A DNA stretch of 64,000 nt from Amoebidium appalachense. Its lineage: Eukaryota > Protista > Ichthyosporea. The DNA lies in the NCBI GenBank assembly GCA_963693365.1, contig CAVNZM010000005.1, positions 248,001-312,000 of the forward strand. Direction: 5' to 3'. Positions 59,829-64,000 of this stretch are shown here, piece after piece. Made by a program: the position numbers and the translations under genes. Position 1 is the stretch's first letter, and every line of letters starts with the position of its first letter. The notes beneath the pieces were generated by a model. That model searched no databases and was not told where the DNA came from. It worked only from the letters and a program-made list of their open reading frames with translations.

Positions 59829-61844
59829 ATGAGCGCTTTAGCGTGGCACGTTGCCCAGGGGCTCTCCCTGGTGGGCCCGAAGAGCGCAGACTACTACGTC
59901 GGCATCCGACCCGATTCGAGCGGGCACGGGCACGACAGTTACGTCCTCGAGCTGCCCAAAAGCCTCCCCCGAGGGGGGCCTGCCTTCCTGAAGGTGGACG
60001 AGGTGGGGGCCGGTACCTTCATGCCCGTGGCGGAGGTGACCGACCGGCTGGACGACCTGGAGAGGAGGGTGGTGCTGTTGGAAAAGGGTATGGTCAAGAA
60101 CTGGGACGAGCACACCGTCTACGACACCATGAAGGAAACCTTGGACACTATAGTAAAGGTGCTGTGGGGGGACGACAAGGAAGACTTTGAGGACAACATT
60201 GTACGTCGCCTGCTGAGGCTGGAGGGCCTAACCCCCGACCCGATATTTCCCTACTCCATGTGGGTCCGGCCAAACTTTCTGTTTTCCGACGGGTGGACGT
60301 CGGTGCGTACCATAAACAGACAGATCAAGACGGCCCTGCCCGAACGCCCCGACTTCCCCAAGTTCCCCATGATAAGCAACCCGGACACCCCACACAGCAT
60401 GGGCACCCCCCTCTTCTTTGGGAGCTGGGACGAGGAGAGACAGACCATCACGTTCCAGACCCACCACTACCCCATGTCTGCACGAACCGCATGCTTCAAG
60501 TTCGACCATGTCGGCATAAACGGGCAGGACAAGGACGACGGCCACACGTACACCAACTTCTACGAAAACGAAACGGACGAGGCAAGACACGCCACCCTTT
60601 GGCCCTACACCCCAACCATGGAGGCCGTCATATCATCAAACACGTACCCCCTCAACAACAACTACGCCTACAACAAGAAGGGCATCAGCAGGGTCTTACC
60701 GTTCATGACGTACGACATTGTCATGGGCACCGTGCCCCGGGGGGAGCCGCTGCAGCAGCACATTGCCGGCAAGCTCACCGCCAACCTAGACAGCAGCCAG
60801 CTGTACGAGCTCAACCAGGTCGTCGTCGAGAAGGCCGAGTACCTGCACGACGTGCCCATCATCAACACAGAGGTTGACCACACGGACCTGCACGACACCA
60901 ACAACGACTGGCACATGGACTACATCAACGAGGACAACCCCGACCTGCCCGGGGGCGGAAACTTTGAAGTTCCCCTACGACGACAAGGTTCTCACAAACT
61001 GGATAAAGAGCAAGGTGTGGGCACAGGAGCAGGAGAGCATAACGGGCACAACCAAGACACGGTACTTCAGGCCGGGCCTCCTGCACTTCTCCAACAGGGG
61101 CCCCAACGACTACACCACCGTACACGCATGGGCTACGTGAAACTTGACCACAAGGTCCGCTACAAGTTTCCCAGCGTCATGTTTCAATACGAAACCACCG
61201 TCAGCGCCGTCGGTGATTTGGGGGGGACCAACAAGAGCGTGTATTCGGGCCCAAAGGGGTCACTACCCCACCCGGAAATGGAGCTCACGTACCGGGTGAC
61301 AAGCCGGGTGCTACGTCTAAACTACAACGAAGCCGTTTCCCCCGACCCCTGGGACGAGGTGGACCAGCTATGGGAACCGGTGGGCTCGGCCCTCAAACAG
61401 TACCTCAACACCATACGTGCACACATGCCCAACGGAAAGGTGCCACAGAGCATGCAGGAAAACGACCTGTGGTTCATGGTGAGGCCGAGGGAGATCAACT
61501 TTGTGCCCGTGCTAAGAGACTTCGTCGAAGAGGAAACGTTCAAACCAAGCCCGTTGGACATTGTGGAGAGTGTGATGGACCTGATGGGGGTCATACCTGT
61601 GGTCGGCGACGCCGTGTCTGCCGTGGGCAAGGGGGCATGCAAACTCGCACAGAGGTACGGAGGGAAGCTAGGCACGGGCATTGGCAAGATGGGCAAGAGG
61701 AAGGCACGCCGGGCCGCCACCGACTACGACAACTACGCCGCCGAGCTCGAGGCCTGGAAGAACAACCAGGGTAAGTACGGGCCCGACCACAACGTCGTGG
61801 ATGTGGGTGACTGGGACAACGGGCCAAAATGGACCATGCCCTAA
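59829..61844 (+). CDS. Second fibre/spike-like protein, 671 aa
   Basis: The N-terminal ~70 aa are paralogous to the previous gene and are followed by a short coiled coil. A compensating frameshift pair is probable at ~60973 and ~61131. Confidence 0.7.
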   Translation: MSALAWHVAQGLSLVGPKSADYYVGIRPDSSGHGHDSYVLELPKSLPRGGPAFLKVDEVGAGTFMPVAEVTDRLDDLERRVVLLEKGMVKNWDEHTVYDTMKETLDTIVKVLWGDDKEDFEDNIVRRLLRLEGLTPDPIFPYSMWVRPNFLFSDGWTSVRTINRQIKTALPERPDFPKFPMISNPDTPHSMGTPLFFGSWDEERQTITFQTHHYPMSARTACFKFDHVGINGQDKDDGHTYTNFYENETDEARHATLWPYTPTMEAVISSNTYPLNNNYAYNKKGISRVLPFMTYDIVMGTVPRGEPLQQHIAGKLTANLDSSQLYELNQVVVEKAEYLHDVPIINTEVDHTDLHDTNNDWHMDYINEDNPDLPGGGNFEVPLRRQGSHKLDKEQGVGTGAGEHNGHNQDTVLQAGPPALLQQGPQRLHHRTRMGYVKLDHKVRYKFPSVMFQYETTVSAVGDLGGTNKSVYSGPKGSLPHPEMELTYRVTSRVLRLNYNEAVSPDPWDEVDQLWEPVGSALKQYLNTIRAHMPNGKVPQSMQENDLWFMVRPREINFVPVLRDFVEEETFKPSPLDIVESVMDLMGVIPVVGDAVSAVGKGACKLAQRYGGKLGTGIGKMGKRKARRAATDYDNYAAELEAWKNNQGKYGPDHNVVDVGDWDNGPKWTMP

Positions 61845-61846
61845 AA

Positions 61847-62608
61847 CTACGTGTAGGGGCCCAGCACGTCCATGCAGTAGAGTATGAGGTACCAGAGGGC
61901 AAGCAGGCAGGAGGCGAGTAGTGTGTACCCCAAGGTGGTCAGAAACCCGTTCTCCAAAAACCCAAACTCCAACAGGTTCCAGTGGAGCTCGTCAAACACA
62001 ATGCCCGCCAGTGCAAGGCCTGCATGCACGCACACGCACAGCACAATGTTCCTGGTGAGCACGGGCACGGACAGGGAGAGCATGTACCGTGCACAGACGA
62101 GGGTGGCACACGCCAGCACGCCCCTCGACACAAGAAACACGTAGCCAAACACCGACGGTTCAAACACGCACGTCATGCCGTAGAGGGCACTTAGGGGGAG
62201 GAGGGAGGCACACACCATGTACGCCACGGCCCGTGGGAAGAACAACGTGGTCGTCACACGCATGGATCGGGCCCAGCACGCTGCTGCCAGCATGTAGGCG
62301 AGGGGGGAGGCCACATACAGCCACGAGCCCAGCCAGTAGGGCGCCCACATCACACAGTGGCCGGCCACGTCAGGGTGGGTGTCCACGTCGAGCCAGGCAT
62401 ACGCCACCCATTGTGCTTGGCACACGACCACACCTGTGAGGGGCAGGATGATGAGCCAGAACATGCATGTACGTTTCGCGAACTCTGGTATCATTGTGAC
62501 TGTGCCGTAGGATGCAGCAACCAATGCAACACACATGATAGCACAGCATGTCGTAAAGTAGATTCGAGCCAGGTTGACAATCATTCTCCAGTTGTCTGGT
62601 ACCATCAT
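61847..62608 (-). CDS. Polytopic membrane protein, about seven TM helices, 253 aa
   Basis: Seven hydrophobic stretches separated by short loops, judged by eye; ATG at 62608. Confidence 0.75.
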   Translation of the reverse strand: MMVPDNWRMIVNLARIYFTTCCAIMCVALVAASYGTVTMIPEFAKRTCMFWLIILPLTGVVVCQAQWVAYAWLDVDTHPDVAGHCVMWAPYWLGSWLYVASPLAYMLAAACWARSMRVTTTLFFPRAVAYMVCASLLPLSALYGMTCVFEPSVFGYVFLVSRGVLACATLVCARYMLSLSVPVLTRNIVLCVCVHAGLALAGIVFDELHWNLLEFGFLENGFLTTLGYTLLASCLLALWYLILYCMDVLGPYT

Positions 62609-62657
62609 GATCACGGTGCGAAAAAATGTGCAACTACAATAAAGGCAAACATCCACC

Positions 62658-63107
62658 ATGTCTAACGTACACAGACTCAATCTGCTCACGCGATCGGGAG
62701 AGTACGTGGGTGTGCAAGCCCACTCATCGACCGAATCCTATACCCTTGTCTTTCCTAGATACCGACCCAAGGAAGGGGACATGCTAGTGTGCACAGAGCA
62801 GGGGCTAGAGTGGAAATCCTTCACAGAGTGGTTGAAAGGGCATGCAAGCACCATAAGGGACGTGCTACTGCAAGAGTACCCCACCCCCTCCCCCCCTCTC
62901 TTCCCCCCCACTTTCCCCGACCAGACACCCCTTTTCCCCACGACGCCCTCTCCCCAACACCCCCCAATGAGCCCCTCTTTGCCTTCCCCACCCCCTCCCG
63001 CCTCCCCCCCACCACTCCAAGAGCAACAACCCTCCGTGCTCACACTACTCGACGACAATGAGGATGTACCCGCAAGCACAGACACGGAGCAGGACATCAC
63101 ACCGTGA
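62658..63107 (+). CDS. Third protein with the shared N-terminal module, then a Pro-rich tail; may extend to 63251
   Basis: LNLLTRSGEYVGVQAHSSTESYTLVFP. The same frame stays open after the TGA and reads ...PKAKKTAKKTTATRRPRRIPKEKVSTD-stop. Confidence 0.65.
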   Translation: MSNVHRLNLLTRSGEYVGVQAHSSTESYTLVFPRYRPKEGDMLVCTEQGLEWKSFTEWLKGHASTIRDVLLQEYPTPSPPLFPPTFPDQTPLFPTTPSPQHPPMSPSLPSPPPPASPPPLQEQQPSVLTLLDDNEDVPASTDTEQDITP

Positions 63108-63272
63108 CCATTGCACCCCCGGCCACTCATGCCCGACCACCCCATCAAGCTACAACCACCCCCTGCCCCCAAGGCCAAAAAGACAGCCAAAAAGACCACA
63201 GCTACACGCAGACCAAGAAGGATCCCAAAGGAGAAAGTGTCGACCGACTAGTAGGAGGCACAAGAAACAACC

Positions 63273-64000
63273 ATGGTGGCCCACGGGAAGGACATTGAGC
63301 AGGTGATTGATGAAACCTACGACACCTTCAAGCTCCCCCCCTCCGTACAAGCCCTATGGCATCGTGCAAAAGCAAAAGACAAGAGGGTGGGGCAACCGGC
63401 CGTGCGTGCCTACCTGTCCAGGAGACACTCGGGGCTGCAGGAGTCCCTCACGGAGGTGATGGCCCCCCATAGGATTAAGAGGAAGGACTACCTCACCACA
63501 ACAGCACGGCCAAACAGTGTGGCAGCCGACCTGTTTTTCATGCCACGTTACTCAAAGGCAAACAGGGGGTACAAGGGGGGATTGAGTGTGATTGACATGA
63601 ACACGCGGCAAGCAACAGTCGTACCCATAAAAACAAAGAGCTCGGGGACCGGGAAGAGTGAGCACCTCACCATCAGCAACGGGCCAGAGATGAGGAGGGC
63701 AGTGGATAAGGCCCTACACACAATCAAGGAGATGAAGGACGAAAGCAACGAGGGGGAGGAAAACCTACAACCTACAGAGGTGAAGCAAATCTTTACGGAC
63801 AAGGGCACGGAGTTTCTTAGCAACACCATGAAAAAGTACTACGGCGACAATGACATCACCATTCTCCCGCAAAAACCAGGCAGAAAACCACGCAATGTAG
63901 CCATGGTGGAACGGTTCCACCGTACTCTAAAGCAAGGACTGACCAAGTACATGGAGACCAACAACACGGGCAAGTGGATAGGGGAAGGGTTGGAAGACGT
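63273..64000 (+). CDS. Retroviral-type (rve, DDE) integrase, truncated by the window end
   Basis: Not in the ORF track. Hand translation from ATG 63273 gives VAADLFFM...NRGYK...VIDMNTR...PIKTK...IFTDKGTEF...AMVERFHRTLK...KW, with the D-D-E triad intact. Confidence 0.93.
   Translation, partial: MVAHGKDIEQVIDETYDTFKLPPSVQALWHRAKAKDKRVGQPAVRAYLSRRHSGLQESLTEVMAPHRIKRKDYLTTTARPNSVAADLFFMPRYSKANRGYKGGLSVIDMNTRQATVVPIKTKSSGTGKSEHLTISNGPEMRRAVDKALHTIKEMKDESNEGEENLQPTEVKQIFTDKGTEFLSNTMKKYYGDNDITILPQKPGRKPRNVAMVERFHRTLKQGLTKYMETNNTGKWIGEGLED

Larger units (their letters stand above)
41308..64000. mobile_element. Endogenous Polinton-like / adintovirus-like virus, left part; right end beyond the window
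   Basis: Abrupt loss of microsatellite introns and tightly packed ORFs. Contains pPolB, major capsid, penton, A32 ATPase and rve integrase. The left boundary is an estimate (AGT at 41308 preceding a hairpin). Confidence 0.95.

Noticed and set aside
61847-62608. Microbial rhodopsin
   Set aside because: No Schiff-base lysine in the last helix and no RYxDW-type motif in helix 3.
41308-64000. Giant-virus (NCLDV) insertion suggested by VLTF3 and the A32 ATPase
   Set aside because: The polymerase is protein-primed, an rve integrase is present, the capsid is PLV-like and no RNA polymerase subunits are seen.

Overview
Eukaryotic genomic DNA in two very different halves. Bases 1-41,300 are host DNA, with introns dominated by (CA)n/(GT)n and poly-C/poly-G tracts. 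It carries a RING-H2 E3-ligase-like gene (-), an intronless C2H2 zinc-finger gene (-), a MARK/Kin1-type kinase with a KA1 domain (+, first intron GC-AG), an orphan Ser/Thr-Pro-rich gene (-) and importin-4 (+); one importin intron holds a small hAT-type MITE. From about 41,310 to the window end is a gene-dense, apparently intronless endogenous Polinton-like/adintovirus-like virus. It has a structured left end (CRE-bearing hairpin, six CAAGGCGGCCAAT repeats) and a ~1,870-aa protein-primed PolB with OTU-like, Zn-binding and Vsr-like nuclease modules. It also encodes a VLTF3-like transcription factor, major and minor capsid proteins, an A32-type packaging ATPase, three proteins sharing an N-terminal fibre-like module, a seven-transmembrane protein and a retroviral-type integrase that runs off the window edge. 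About ten single-base frameshifts interrupt the viral genes, mostly in short homopolymers, so they may be assembly errors. All calls are from motif recognition by eye; no searches were run. A unicellular holozoan host (ichthyosporean-like) is my inference only.
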